Part shown: piece by piece, positions 1 to 14,868 of the stretch
How positions within the stretch are numbered: the stretch's first letter is position 1
Layout of the letters: each line of letters begins with the position of its first letter
Source: Octopus vulgaris
Lineage: Eukaryota
Assembly (NCBI GenBank): GCA_951406725.2
Contig: OX597818.1
Location: 33,418,001-33,482,000, forward strand
DNA: 64,000 nucleotides
Direction: 5' to 3'
Made by a program: the position numbers and the translations under genes
The notes under the pieces: model-generated
Database searches by the model: none
Seen by the model: the letters and a program-made list of their open reading frames with translations, nothing else
Told to the model about the DNA's origin: nothing

Positions 1-273
1 AGGAGGAAAACATGAGCTACACAAGAACCGACAGGCTTTAGCGAATTCTATGTACATGATATCATGTGCACAGATTCTGTCGATCTGAGACTAAAGTAAA
101 TGATACTGAGAAGGGGGACACTTACAGGGCCGACCTGGAGATTACATAGAAGCGAACTTACTAATCACAGAGAGTATCTACTTCCACATATATGTGCGTT
201 TCTGCGTTACTATATATATATATATATATATATGAGTGTGTGTGTGCACCTTCCTACCTATCTACCTACATAC

Positions 274-810
<537 letters not shown>

Positions 811-1129
811 GACAGACAGACATAGTGCATACATATATACGGTAAGATAGAGGTAGAGGCATAAGATCAGTCTAGAAATCTTTCAAGTGCCGCATCGTTC
901 CACTTACACAACATCTACTGAACTGTAAAGATAGAAATATGTACATTGTGTCCATGCCTACCAGTGAAGGTGTTAATTACAGGTGATTAAACGGACAACT
1001 ACTCCTTAAGAAGTACTCTACGCGTACAGCTGCTTTATGTGAAACAAGAATGTCTGAACCGATTTGGTGAACCAGAATCTTACAAGAGATATAGTTATTA
1101 TGCCATTAGAAAGATATGCATAGCTACAT

Positions 1130-1284
1130 ATTCGTAGGGAAATAAAACTTTCGCACAATATTGCTTCTGAGTGTAAATTTAATTTCACATCTGGTCTACC
1201 TATTACTACAAAAATATTTTCTACATAACCCGAGCATATCCTACGTTATACAAAACACAGAGTTCACTGCACCGTAGATCACGA
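1130..1284 (+). repeat. 155-bp direct repeat, copy 1
   Basis: attcgtagggaaataaaac...gtagatcacga recurs with a few substitutions at 3025-3179. Confidence 0.9.
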
Positions 1285-3024
1285 ATGCCAACCACATTGA
1301 CAAGAATAGCAGTTCTCTCCTGGACCAGTGATAAATACCTCAAATGTTTCCTAGAAGACTATGGCTTTGCTATCCAGGAACAGGTGATATCTACAAAACC
1401 TGATCAACATAAGAGATAAGGATGCCCCTAAATTTCCTAACTTTGATTAAAAGTATCGAATGTGATTACCGATCTGGAAAATATTATTAATACCAACAGT
1501 GTCTATTCAAAAAATCCTTGTAAGATACCATCTTTCTATCAGATGAGACGCTACAATGCCGTACAAGGAAGGCAGCCTTGACTACCATACAAAAACCACA
1601 CCAGAACCAGAACGTATTCACACCTTTAGCAATAACCAGCACTGAGGTAATATTCCAATACCAACTACAATTCGGTATAAGTGCAACAAGCCAAAGATAA
1701 TTCTCTGAAACAGAGAACAAAGTTCGTGCACCGTCTATTCGAATATTGAAGAGCAGGAAATCATCTATAGAAAACTACTTAGACGTTTAAATCAATTATA
1801 CCAATAATATACCTTTTCATGTGTTAGTGTTATGCTAGGTGCACCTGGCTGCGTAGCAACAGATTTGTTATAGAAAGCTGGAATGCTTGGACTTTCCGAA
1901 AATGAACAGAGCAGACTAATTGGCATTTTCAGCTGCAATTGATTAAATAAATAGTGAAAATTTGTAAAATATTCTGTCTGAGGTGTCTGTGTGAAACTAT
2001 GCACAAAATCGTATTATCACAGGAATATATATTCTCGCAAATCTAGACACTAATGAAATGCGCACATTTGCATTCTCTTGTGACAGGTATGCATACTAGT
2101 GCAAGTTTACCTACGCATATATAACACTACACGTATGTACATAACACATGCATACAGACATCAACCAGTTTGATAAACTACAAACCCCAAGATATGCAAA
2201 ACTTCTTACCAATCTGTTAGCGATCGACTTAAGTACTACAAAGGAAAAATAACTTTAACCTGTTCCAAAGAATCATAAATATGTACATATATACAGACAC
2301 ATATTCGCGTTCAGTTTACTATGTATTGTAAAGAACTCAAAATATTTGCATGGTAAATATTCTTCTGTAAACTGGAAAGTGTTAAAATTCAATATTTCAC
2401 ATAATTTTCACATTTGTTATCGAATTTATAACTTCCATTAGTCATTTGGACCTTCTTCCCTGACTTAGAAGCTTTGCAATTTGTCATTCATAAACAGGCT
2501 TTCAATTGTAGCTTCCTTTTGTCTTTTTTTTCTTTTTTTCATATTATATACAATAAAGTTAGTTTCTGGTTTGTTGCTACGATTTTTCTCTTCAATTTTA
2601 GGAGATCTTTAATAATGCGTTCGCCTATTATATAAACATTAGACATTTTATTGATGTAAAACACTTTATGTGGTGTGTATAGATTTCATAAGTAAATGCT
2701 CTGTTATATTTATTGTGTTGTAGATTAATAATATGTACGTTTATTTTCTATGGTTTCATTTATTAGAATACGCGGTTTTGTTTAGGGTTTGTTTTATTCT
2801 ATTTATTTCTAGATCTAATGTATCTTTTGTTGGCGAGAATCTAAATGCTCGTCTCAACAAGTATTTTCCCACTTACTGATCATATGCCTGTGGACATTCA
2901 GCATTTTCGCATAATTACAAATATGCTATGATTTTGATATAAGCAATCATGTGTATTTGTTATTTTCTGTCTTAATATTTACACCTAGAAATAAAGATAC
3001 TGAATTGTTAGTCATTTTATTAGC

Positions 3025-3179
3025 ATTCGTGGGGAAATAAAATTTTCGCACAATATTGCTTCTGAGTCTAAATTTAATTTCACACCTGGTCTACCTATTA
3101 CTACAAAAATATTTTCTACATAACCCGAGAATATCCTACGTTATACAAAACACAGAATTCACTGCACCGTAGATCACGA
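3025..3179 (+). repeat. 155-bp direct repeat, copy 2
   Basis: Near-identical to 1130-1284. Confidence 0.9.
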
Positions 3180-3259
3180 GAAAATCTCCGATATTAAAAC
3201 GTTAGAAAGTAGAGGGTAAGATGAACACCTACATCGAAATCAATATAATCAACATAAAT

Positions 3260-3620
3260 ATCACCTTGATCACCTTGACTGACCAGTCCGTCGGGCGTCC
3301 ATTTGACACCGCTGGTCACAGCACGCTGACCACTCCCCTCCGAATCGCGCCTTTCTCATCCACGTGATCTCAATCGCCCTTCTGAAATCGTAACTCCACT
3401 TTCGTGGACGCCTTCCCTGTGGTCGTTTCCACTCGCGCGGGTAGCAACATAGATATACTTTCAACATATATCCTCTCGTTTACGCCAGATTGCTGTTTAT
3501 TTGAATGTCCTATCCGCAGCAGAACATGTTTATTTATAAAGAAAGGGATACACCCAAGTTCATACATTCTTTTTGTGCGACCATTTGTCATACAAATTTT
3601 ACTCATTGCATTGTAAAAGT
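3260..3620 (-). mobile_element. RTE-clade LINE 3' end remnant
   Basis: Translation YPREWKRPQGRRPRKWSYD...WMRKAR...W matches the RTE C-terminal W.P...R..GRP..RW.D pattern. It ends in a short tandem tail (caaggtgat x2). Confidence 0.7.
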
Positions 3621-4810
3621 TTAGCTGCAGCAGTTTTATATTTCAAAGTTGTAAACTTGTAATAATTTGAAACATTACTAAGTTGCATAATTGTCACTCT
3701 CATATAAATCATTCGTCATATTCCATCACAGATACTTTGAATGCCTTTTCTTGATCCTTTATGTATTAACTATCACCATTTCCTTCGAGATGAAAAGTCA
3801 TGTATATAAATATTTGTATATGTATATATATACACATATCCAAAACTTTTGGGTGGGTTAGTCAACAATGTATTATCTAACCTGTTTACTCCTGCTCAAA
3901 CTTTTACCTGAAGATGGTGGATTTTATGCTATGTTGTCATCTATTCTTAAAACCTACTTTTGTTCTTTTTTTATACTTTCGTGTCTAGAACCAGCCTTAA
4001 CTCAGATTTACGGTTTAAACTGGATTTGGTGATTACATATCTGCAGTAACCCACCAACACTTAATACTTTCATGGTTGTTTTACTTCACCGTGAATCCTA
4101 TGTTATCGTACCTTGTCACTTCAGCTGTCTTAAGTGTGGATTTTCCAAGAGTCTAATGAATTCTGTAAGTAATCAATATCTATCTATCTGTCTATCTACC
4201 TGTCTATTTACTCACACAAACATATTTATATATACATATATGTGTTTATGAATGTATACGTGTATGTGTGTATGTATGCAGGTAGGTAGATACGTACGTA
4301 CGTAGGTAAATAGGAAGGTATGTATGTACCCATGTATGTGTATGTATGCATGTATATATGTATGTATGTATGTATGTATATATGTATGCATGTATGTATG
4401 TAAGTATCTGTGTATATCACAGTTTCAACACTATTGTGTCCATCTATTTTGTTGAATACCTACTCATACAGAGGTTCCTGCTGATATGGTGGCCATTTTC
4501 CCACCCAGCTTCTATAAGAACGGGTCGCAATTTCAGCATCTGAATCAAATGGAATTGCTGTACATTCATAGCACTTATTCCGGTGTCCCTCACTTATTCC
4601 CATGATGAAATTTACACTCTTGCATATACTTAAAATGTATACAGTTCTCATCTTACCGTTAAATTATTGATGTACGGTAAGCGTGTTTCATGAATGTGTC
4701 TATACCTATGCGTATGTATATGGATATATGCAAGAATGTAATATGTATTACCTCTTCCTGATTGGTGTTTTAGTAGTTATTCCATCAACTGTGTAAACGA
4801 AATTTATATA

Positions 4811-5376
4811 TTGTGTTGTCCAGAAAGTTCGTGCCGATTTTTAAAGGAAAGAAAAAGGTCAATAAATACTTGCCATTACATTTTTAATCAACCAAATATG
4901 AACCATTTTGTTGCACAATGTGTCTCCATCTTTCCTTTAACTTGAAAATACCCTCTCCCCAGAATTGAGGCGGTTTGATGGCAAAGAATTCATCAAGATA
5001 TCTTTTTACGTCATCCAAGGAATTAAAATGTTTACCACTAAGGCTATTCTGCAGAGACCTGAATCTGTGGAAATCCGAAGGAGCAATATCTGGTGAATAT
5101 GGAGGGTGGAGTAATACATCCCAGCCGAGCTGCAGCAATTTTTGTCCGGTTCCCAAAGCATCAAGTGCCGAAAATGAAATTTCTTATCTTCCATTTTAAA
5201 GGGTTACAGAATTAACATAGTTTATAGGAAAATAAACCTTCTTCCACGAAAAGATAGCTTAAACTGTGCTCTAAATGGAGGTGTAATCAAATCCTATTTA
5301 AGAGACTCAACCATGTTTGAAAATAAGTTGAAAAGTAAGCTGCTATAAACCGGCGCGAACTTTCCGGACAACCCAA
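4811..5376 (-). mobile_element. Internally deleted mariner (566 bp, non-autonomous)
   Basis: ~30-bp TIRs (ttgtgttgtccagaaagttcgtgccg / cggcgcgaactttccggacaacccaa) with TA on both sides. The N-terminus MEDKKFHFRHLMLWE is joined directly to the C-terminal HPPYSPDIAPSDF...WRHIVQQNGSYLVD. Confidence 0.9.
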
Positions 5377-6315
5377 TAAAAACAGGAATCTTTTCAATTT
5401 CCTTTGCACGCCTATCTACTCTTTAAATTTGAGAATGTTGTTTCCGATTGTTATTGTACCTGCCGCGTGTGAAGGAACATACGATAATTTTTTAGGATTC
5501 CATGTTCAGTAGCACGTGGTCCCGATGTGTTGGTACGCATCCTGTCATCTCAATGATGATGGAATCAGCATCGTGCTACAAAATAGACAAGGGAGTATTT
5601 AACTTAGGTTTTAGATATAGTGTGTTGAAAATTTGCCAAACCTATTTTGTTTGTACAGTAACGACCTGCCATTCGATCAGCCATTGTAAAAGTTGAGAGT
5701 TTGTTCTCTACTACTTTTTATCTCATTTTTTAAAAATAATTACTTCGACTAAATCGCTTTTTCTTTTAATGAAAGAATACAATATTAGGCCGCTTATATT
5801 TGATACACATCATGCACGTATATATGTGCATGTGCGCATATACATATATATAGTACTCTGCGATTGTGTTTGTACAGTATATGAACACGTTCCCGTATGA
5901 ATTTCTGTATGCTTATTTCTTATGAAATACATAATTTTTTTCCCTTTACTAAATATTTTCTTTCTTCACTAAATCTATACTATTACTGCAGCATTCTAGG
6001 CTTTTATCCAAAACTGCGGGAATAAAAGCAATTTGAACAAAGCTATGACCACTTTGAACGTAATAAAAGTAGAAATGGAAAGGAAAATAAGAACATTAAT
6101 AGAACTGGCCATAAATGTATGGATGAAAGGAATAGCATACACTCATACTTACACACATATAATACACATATTCATATTCCTATGTGCATTTATATATCAA
6201 TACACAGACATACACACTAATACAAATATATCAAATATATGTGTCTTTGTACACACACAGATGTGTATATATACCCATACATATATGCATATACACATAT
6301 ATACATGATATGTGC

Positions 6316-6369
<54 letters not shown>

Positions 6370-6680
6370 CATTATATGTAGTATATGTATATTTAAATAT
6401 CTATATTTACATTAAATTCGCACATACACATGCTTATATAGATGCTTTCAGATTTCTCTACTGTACAATACTCTGCTAATTAAAAGTGTAGACGTTTCTG
6501 TGTTATTAAGACGTTCCTTATTCCCAACAACGGTGATTCTAGTTTAATTTCGCTGCTTGAATCCTTGAGCATGAAATATTTCGAATCAATCAGTAATTTT
6601 AAGAGAAAAGTTTTGGATTTTCATTCTATGGTGAAAACTATTTGGAGCGCCTCTTTTCTTCGAGAGCAGAACATTTAGTC

Positions 6681-6770
6681 CAGTGGTTCCCAACCTGAGG
6701 TCTGCAGCCCCCTGGTAGTTCGCAAAGGTAGCACTGGGGGTTCGTGAACTAAATCCAAATGTTCATAACA

Positions 6771-6819
<49 letters not shown>

Positions 6820-6967
6820 AGTGTACATATAGACACAGGATTGCCTGTGTGGTAAGTAGCTTGCTTACCAACCATATGGTTTCGGGTTAAGTCCTACTGC
6901 ATTGCACTTGGGACCGACCAAAGCCTTGGATTTGGTAAACAGAAACTAAAAGAAGCCCATCGTATAT

Positions 6968-7057
<90 letters not shown>

Positions 7058-7285
7058 GTGTGTGTATGCTTGTGTGTCAGTGTTTGTACCCCTAACATTG
7101 ATTGACAACCGATGCTTGTGTGTTTACGTCCCCGTAACTTATAGGTTCGGCAAAACAGACCGATAGAATAAGTACTAGGCTTACAATGAATAAGTCCTGG
7201 GGTTGATTTTCTCGACTAAAGGCGGTGATCCAGCATGGCTGCAGTCAAATGACTAAAACAAGTAAAAGAATAAAAAAATAAAAGA

Positions 7286-7322
<37 letters not shown>

Positions 7323-7387
7323 ATGACAAGCATATTAAAAGGGGTCCGTGTGAAAACTCATTTCAATAAAAGGGCTGGGAACCAGTT
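6681..7387. mobile_element. Probable hAT/Charlie-type MITE split by microsatellites and a SINE
   Basis: Left end cagtggttcccaacct; degenerate complementary right end gggctgggaaccagt at ~7372-7387. No clear 8-bp TSD. Confidence 0.5.
6831..7288 (+). mobile_element. tRNA-derived SINE, family A
   Basis: Head tgtgtggtaagtagcttgcttaccaaccat...; internal (TA)/(TG) tract; tail gcggtg..ccagcatggctgcagtcaaatgact..aaacaagtaaaagaataaaa. Multi-copy in the window. Confidence 0.85.
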
Positions 7388-7941
7388 GGCAACCACTCTG
7401 AAATGTTTAATAACCACTCGTTTAGTATGTTGCTAGGTTTAGTAAAGGTGCGTCGCTCAGTAGTTAAGGTGTGGGAATCATAATCTTAAAATTGTAGTTT
7501 CGATTCCTGGACCGGGTGATGCGTTCTGCTCTTGAGCAAAACACTTTATTTCACGTTGCTTTAGTCCACAAGAATGAATAATCCTGCGACGGACCGGCGT
7601 CACGTCCAGGCTGGGAACATATACATGGATTCTGGGAAACCGGACCAATGAATCTATATGATTTGGGAACTTCACATTACTTCTATGACAAATTTAACGA
7701 TCCCGTTTACCCAATGGATATATTTAGTGTAGTGTTATCTGTTTCCAGGTTTAAGACTATATATCCGATTGTGTTTTCAAAGTTCAATTTCTTGGCTAAT
7801 ATTTTGATAGTAATTGATTTAAAGTATTTACTATCTTTTCTTGAGGATATATGTTGAAATTGATAAGATATCGATTATAAATTTCAGCAACAAAATAGGT
7901 TACTTGAAGTATAAACTTATATTTTTCGTAGTGATGAAGAA

Positions 7942-7971
7942 TACTACTACCGCTGCTGCTACTACTACTAT

Positions 7972-8045
<74 letters not shown>

Positions 8046-8046
8046 T
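7942..8046. repeat. (TAC)n microsatellite
   Basis: Direct reading. Confidence 0.95.
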
Positions 8047-8049
8047 AAT

Positions 8050-8440
8050 TTTACTGTTATATGACACGGATGGCGTACCGGTTTAGTTAAGGATTTATTA
8101 TGCTTCTTACCAGGCCACAACCCAATGTTGAACTTCATCGACGTCACCGAATATGTTGAAGAGCATAAAGAGGAGTTTTGTTCGTTCTTTTGCCACAGCC
8201 CTTTATGCTGTACAGATTTACCTTTACTCGGTATCCAGGACTTTCCATATAATATCTGCCCGATCCTAGTAGAACGGTTTTCTGAATTGCACCCACTCCC
8301 AGATTAAGAACTAGATTTCGAACGTTTGCTCTTAAATTTCTGGTCACTGTTCCCAAAACAGTAATAAAAATCCGCAAGATCGCGATCTTGTCAATTTCTG
8401 TATCCCATTATTTCAGAATTTCATAGATCAAATTCGTAAA
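8050..8440 (-). mobile_element. R4/Dong-like non-LTR element 3' remnant
   Basis: RIFITVLGTVTRNL...IQKTVLLGSGR resembles the C-terminus after the restriction-like endonuclease (IGALG...LQK..LLG). It abuts a trinucleotide tract. Confidence 0.55.
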
Positions 8441-9348
8441 AACTCTATTCTTACTTCTTTATTTTTCTTAACTCGAGTATTAAATGTGCATATCCCCTCG
8501 ATTACGTAACACGTTTTCATGTCAACAATTAGATTATTCAGGTTAATGTGCTCTATTCTCCTTTAGCTTTATACAGTTAAGTTACATAATACTTTCACTT
8601 CATCGTTTTCAAGGACATGTATTCTTCTTTCAACAAAATGTTCATAGCTCTTTTCTGTGCATGCAGATCTGAATCTCTCATAAAAATTCCACTGAAGTTT
8701 TGAAAAAAATTAACTATACCTTAAATTTTGTTCTAATTCTAAGCTGTGGACATTCTGAAGCAAAATGAGCCACAATTTTATCATCAGCGTTGCATATTCC
8801 AGGGATCTGTCTTGTTAAGGATGTGGATAGAAAGCAAAGAAGCTGATGATTTAAGGTTGTAATCACAGCAGGTGCATTTGTTTCAATAACAGTCTGCTTA
8901 CAACTATCTGCACCAAGAAACTCGAAAGTATAGAAACTGAGAACGAGAGACGCCCAGCTACAATGCGCTGATCCTCAAAGTTGTTCCCCTGAAAACATCG
9001 TCTGTAGCAATACTAATTTTATTTCTGGAGTTCGCCGGAACGTCATCTAACCATCCGTGACAGACATCAAAGAATAAGAGGCACACAACCTCGAAGCACC
9101 AAACTGATGGACACTACAAAGAAGGCATTCTCTAAATACAAGAGTGGATTAGTTGTGGCTGTAAAGCACTGGATATAATGTTTTGTGATATACATTTCAA
9201 ATTTCTACGCTGTGGCTTCAATTCATGTCATCACCGTTGCATTTTATCCTTTAGGTGTCGATGAATAAACTATCAGTCAAGTATTGGTGTAGATAGTTCG
9301 CATCTTCTCATTCTCCCTTTTGTATTTCTTTCTCATTTTATTTCTTTA

Positions 9349-9752
9349 TTGCCCACAAAGGGCTAAAACACAGAGGGTACAAACAAGGACAGACAAAGGG
9401 ATTAAGTCGATTACATCGACCCCAGTACGTAACTGGTACATAATTTATCGACTCCGAAAGGATGAAAGGCAAAGTCAACCTAGGCGGAATTTGAACTCAG
9501 AACGTAACGGCAGAAAAATACCTATTTCTTTACTATCCACAAGGGGCGAAACACAGAGGACAAACAAGGACAGACAAACGGATTAGCTCGATTATATCGA
9601 CCCCAGTACATAACTGGTACTTATTTAATCGACCCCGAAAGGATGAAAGGCAAACTCGACCACGGCGGAATTTGAACTCAGAACATAGCAGCAGACGAAA
9701 CACCAGTAACCATTTCACCCGGCGTGCTAACATTTTTACCAGCTCGCCGCCC
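9349..9752 (-). mobile_element. tRNA-derived SINE, family B, with tandem partial duplication
   Basis: Minus strand ggcggcgagctgg...ttctgagttcaaattccgcc (B-box-like)...tcatcctttcggggtcgat. The 3' half is present twice. Other copies lie at ~11833-11963, ~12130-12330, 24025-24233 and ~43300-43473. Confidence 0.85.
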
Positions 9753-10213
9753 TTTTTTTTTTTTTATTGGTATATCTTTCTGGCCAGATCTATAGCCTGT
9801 CGCGGTTTACAACGTTTAGAGGCAGTAGATTAAAGCCGGACATTAGAACCCCACAAGTCTCTCTAAATATTTGGCAAGTTAACTGATCATCTTTACAAAG
9901 ATTTGTGTTGAATTGCTAAGTAGTAGCAATCTCACCGGATTTTGTTATACTCGTAATTACTTATACAATTTCATTGCAAGTGAAAGGGATAGGAAATACA
10001 GTTTATGGAGGAAAAATATTTAGAAAATCAAGGGTTGTCACGTTATTAGTAATTAGAAAATTGTGTTTAATATGAAGCTTTATTCACATTCTTACAAAAA
10101 GAAGAAGAAAACAAGCATATTCACTCGCTACGTACATACGTAGGCAGATACACACACACATAGTCTTGCACAAAAAAAAAACACACAAAGATATTCATGT
10201 GATCGTGTGTGTA

Positions 10214-10244
<31 letters not shown>

Positions 10245-10390
10245 AGAGAGAAACGGACAGTAAGAGAGACAAGGAAATTTTTATGTAATGTATTTATATA
10301 TATCATGTCCATCTCTCTCCCCGCTACATGTTTGTATGCGTTTATTTACTATTATTTACTTTAGTGATTTTGAAACATTTATATACATAC

Positions 10391-10428
<38 letters not shown>

Positions 10429-10454
10429 CTATATATATATATATACATATGTTG

Positions 10455-10496
<42 letters not shown>

Positions 10497-11210
10497 TTGT
10501 ATGTTTTCAATCGCTGAAACTTTCGCTAAATAGTTCAAACAGATTTTCAGCAGTTCAATTACTTGGATGACGATTGGAAGTATCATAGTGTTAGGATTTC
10601 AAGCTGAGATGTGGTGGCCAACGTTTTTTTTTCACAATTGAATCAAGAGTGTCAACAAAGAATCATGCTTTTATTGCAATTGCATTCAAGTGCTTCCACC
10701 AAATATAATATTTACCAAGTTTAGATTATCACGCAATCAAACATTTGTAAAGTTTATGAACTTGTGTTTCGTAGACACACATCGTATATATATATATATA
10801 TATATATACAAGCATTCATGCATATGGGTGTATGTGTGTGGACTTACCTATACATGAATTCGTGTGTGTGTGTCCGCGCTTCTGTGTGAAGTGATAGTAG
10901 ACTTAGAGTTAACAGAAGCTGTTGAGCTGTTTAAGAAGCAAAAACATGCGCGTTGAAGATACATAAAATAAATAGGAAAGAAGAAAAATAACCAAAACGA
11001 AAGAAAAAAAGAAAGAAAAAGAATAGAGAAAGAAATAAAATTTGTAAAGAAAAATGTCAAAGAGAAAGGAAATGAAATAATGCCAGAAAGGATATCAAGA
11101 AGTTTGCTTGCCTATGATGAAGGCGATAATCTATTAAGATAATAAAAATATTGCATTTAATAAGTGTTTTGCATTTTTATACTACTTTCTTTGTACTGAA
11201 GTTGTACATG

Positions 11211-11305
<95 letters not shown>

Positions 11306-11455
11306 TGTGTATGCAAAATATATATTTGTATTATACATACACACACACATATATATACACGTATAAGGATGTATATATATATGTATATGTATATATGTGT
11401 GTATATATTTTCTCATTCTATTTTCTATTTTCTCTCCCTGTTTATTTCTCTGTTC

Positions 11456-11490
11456 CTTTCTGCTGAAGAGCGTAGGCTCGAAATGTAAAA
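11456..11490 (+). ncRNA. Minimal HHR-like motif (A6C core, decayed) in a PLE pseudo-LTR-like repeat (~11405-11582)
   Basis: cttt CTGCTGA a GAGC gtag GCTC GAAA tg TA aaa(t). Stem II is 4 bp; stem III is probably CpG-decayed from acgt. Confidence 0.5.
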
Positions 11491-13734
11491 TATTTTTCTC
11501 ACTTCTCGAGCGTTAAACTAATACATCTGTTTGTTGCTTACACACCCGTCTTCATCTTTTGTTATTTTTGTAAATGCTCACTATATATATATATATATAT
11601 ATATATAGTAAATTAAACAATTTTTTGGGATGGGGAATTAGATGGTTGGATCTTTAGGGATACGTTTGTTACCACTGTCACCATCATTTCTACCAATGTA
11701 CATGCACATCATCTCTTATAATTGACAAATGTATACGACGAAAATAAGTATGAATTGCTAATGCTATATAAATATTGTATTTTACTCAGCAAAATACTGG
11801 TAATAATGTCTTTTCAAAATGTATGAGTACTTCCGCCGAGGTCAGCTTTTTCTGTTATCCTTTCGGGGTCGATAAATTAAGCACCAGTTGCGTACTGGGG
11901 TCGATCTAATCGACTGGTCCCTCCCCACAAAATTTGGGGCCTTGTGCCTAGAGTAGAAAAGAATATCTATGAGTACAATTTGTGGCTAAAGGCATGTAGT
12001 CTTCTTCGTATTTTCGTGTAGATACTAGCAAAATTAAATTCCGATGTGTTTGAAATGAGGAGAGAGAGTGAGAAAGCGTCACTCACATTTTATTGACGAT
12101 AAATACGTTTGTTATATTGATTTCAAATTTTGGCACAAAACCAGAAATTTTGTGTAAGAAGGTTAGTTGAATACATCGACCCCACTACTTGGCTGATACT
12201 TATTTTATCGACCCCAAAATGGTTGAGGGTAAAGTTGACCCCAGTGAAATTTGAACTCAGAATGTACAGAAGGACGAACTACCGTAGATTACTTTGGCCG
12301 GTGTGTAAACGATTCTTCTGCCTTGCCACCTTATGTTCCTGCTATATTGTTTCCATTTTTATAGAATGTTTGCTGAAAAAGTCTTTGGATCTCTTTTTGT
12401 ATTAGATAAAATAAGTAACAGGGAACTTAAAACAACTGCTTTCTTCACAAAATGTTGTGATCATATACAAAATTCAATAATCAATATTTATTCATTCTTT
12501 CGCTCTAATATGAATAATTCTATTTGAAGATTTCATATAAGTAACTGCGTGAAAAAGCAGTGAATTTGTCACAACCGAAATTCAAAACTCACCGAGATGC
12601 ATAATATCTAGTAAAATGAAAGAGGAACTTCTTTAAGGGTTAATCATTAGTCATGTTTGATACATAGAAAGCTCTACTGAGTAGTTACAGTACAGAAATA
12701 TGCAGATTTACTTCTTTCGTTCCATTCATTAAAACACCACAACGTATATTAATTAAGTAAATGACTAGGAATAATGATGATATACAAGCTGAAAATTTAG
12801 ATGACGTTGCTAGCCAAAATGCATACTAAGCAAGAGAGATGACCTTATTTACAAATTGAACAGAAAATATATATGAAGATTTATACAGGTTCCATATCTA
12901 GAAAATATTATTTTTAACAGATATTTCTCATTGTAGAGACTGACAACAAGTGATTTAATTAACGTTTCAAATGCTATGAGCAAACATTGACCGCGACACT
13001 GTCATACGGATGTCGTACTTCTTTAGTCGGCAAGCATACGTCGCCAGAATTATCCTTTACTTCATACAAATGTAAGATGGAATTGTGATTATCTGTATAA
13101 GATGATCCTACACACATTCTTCTCTCTATCAATGTGTGTGTTCTCCTTGGGAGGAGACATTATCGGGCAGCAGAATATGAAGGATATCATTTCACATCTG
13201 TTATTTGAACTCTTTTTTCAAATCTGGAATATACATTAGAAAAGCAATCTGCATATTAACATGTCTGAATTTAAAACCGCAGACATGTTTTTTATTAACT
13301 AGCTAAACATATATATCTAAAGGAAACCAGGTCATGGGATTAATGAAATCTGCGAAAGTATATATTTGTATATATACAGTGCATGTCCACTATATTTTGC
13401 ATTGTCTATATAATCAAAAACGCTCAATCAATTGATGTTATTGATGTTATGGCTACAGTTTAACTGCATTAATTTCTCTGATAAAAATCGCCTTTTCGCC
13501 AGCAATTTGCCACGGAAGATGTGGATGCAGTCAAATACGAGCCGGCTAAAGAGTCATTAAGAATATCTGTTATAATATTTAAACGAACTAGAGCTCTCAC
13601 AATTAAGCACCTTCGTCTAAGGATTTCTATCAGGTCTTGAACGAAGTAGTATCTAAAACTGGTTTGCTTAAAGTCGAATATACCCAATACAGATTGTTTT
13701 TTCTTTTTTATTAAAACAGAAGGTAAGAGTTTGT

Positions 13735-14120
13735 TTCGCGAATACTAGTGGAATACCCCAATAAAAAATAACATCAATTCGGTGCAAACATAATAAATCT
13801 GATATTGTTGTATATGACATGGAACAAAAGTCATGCACTGTTATAGAGGTCAGCTGTCCAACGGATGTGAATGTACAATCAAAGGTCCGGTGAAAAGAAA
13901 CTGTCTATGGCTAGTTAATGCAGAACTCACAGCCTTTGTACTGACTATCAAATTTTCATAGTGGGTGAATTAGGTTATGTACCAATTAATTCGGACAATA
14001 TCAAAGAAACACTTGGTTTCACAGAAAAAAGAGCAAAAGAAACTGACGCGGATTCTCCAAATCCAATCTATTAGTGGCAGAATAAAGATTTGTAAGACGC
14101 TCCAGAAGTTATCCATGTGA
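13735..14120 (+). mobile_element. R4/Dong-like LINE restriction-like endonuclease domain remnant
   Basis: Manual translation gives ...CKHNKSDIVVYDMEQKSCTVIEVSCPTDVNVQSK...Y, a PD-(D/E)xK RLE motif, with stops and frameshifts, ending LQIQSISGRIKICKTLQKLSM*. Confidence 0.75.
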
Positions 14121-14805
14121 GATTCTTATGTGAATAGCTGCACACACTTGGGTGTATGCATCGACAGTACAGCCAAGACACCAGCTCAATCACATATTTA
14201 CAAACACTGGGAACTCTTTTAACTCAAAAAGTCTTATTGCTTTGTTAACAGCCGGCTTGAACTTTCTCAAAAACTTAAATTCAGTTCAAAGAAAAGTCAT
14301 TTATTCATACGTGCGTACATCCATACATGTGTGTGTATTCGTTCGTAGGCACGTTGCGAATGCAGACAGCTTGTCATTATATTTATTCATCGGGGGCAAT
14401 AAAATACATCGCATATTGAAGTCGATTTACTCAACGCATTACAAATATGGATGTTTGGGTGTGAGTCTGTATCAATGGAAACCATCAATATTATTTAGTA
14501 AAATGATATTGTGTTTCGGGCTATTTCTTTAATCATGTACTTCGGTGCCCCTGTTAGAATTAAAATATGTGTAACCTAATAGCAACTGCTCACAAATGCA
14601 CCTTCTTTGCGGTAAATGATCAAAAAGAGAAATGGAGATATTTCGTCTAGTTGCCATTCCATTGGCCACATTGCCCCTGGCATTCTCCTTAAAAAGAAAG
14701 TCAAATTAATTGATGTAATCTTCAATTTGTTGGGTTGGCGCCAGTTAATTTGCTAACTATAATCCAGCCAAGTCTACCTGCATTCATACAGAGCAGTTAT
14801 TGCAC

Positions 14806-14868
<63 letters not shown>

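Noticed and set aside
3905-3995. HHR starting cctgaagatgg
   Set aside because: No matching GAAA, stem III or stem I found.
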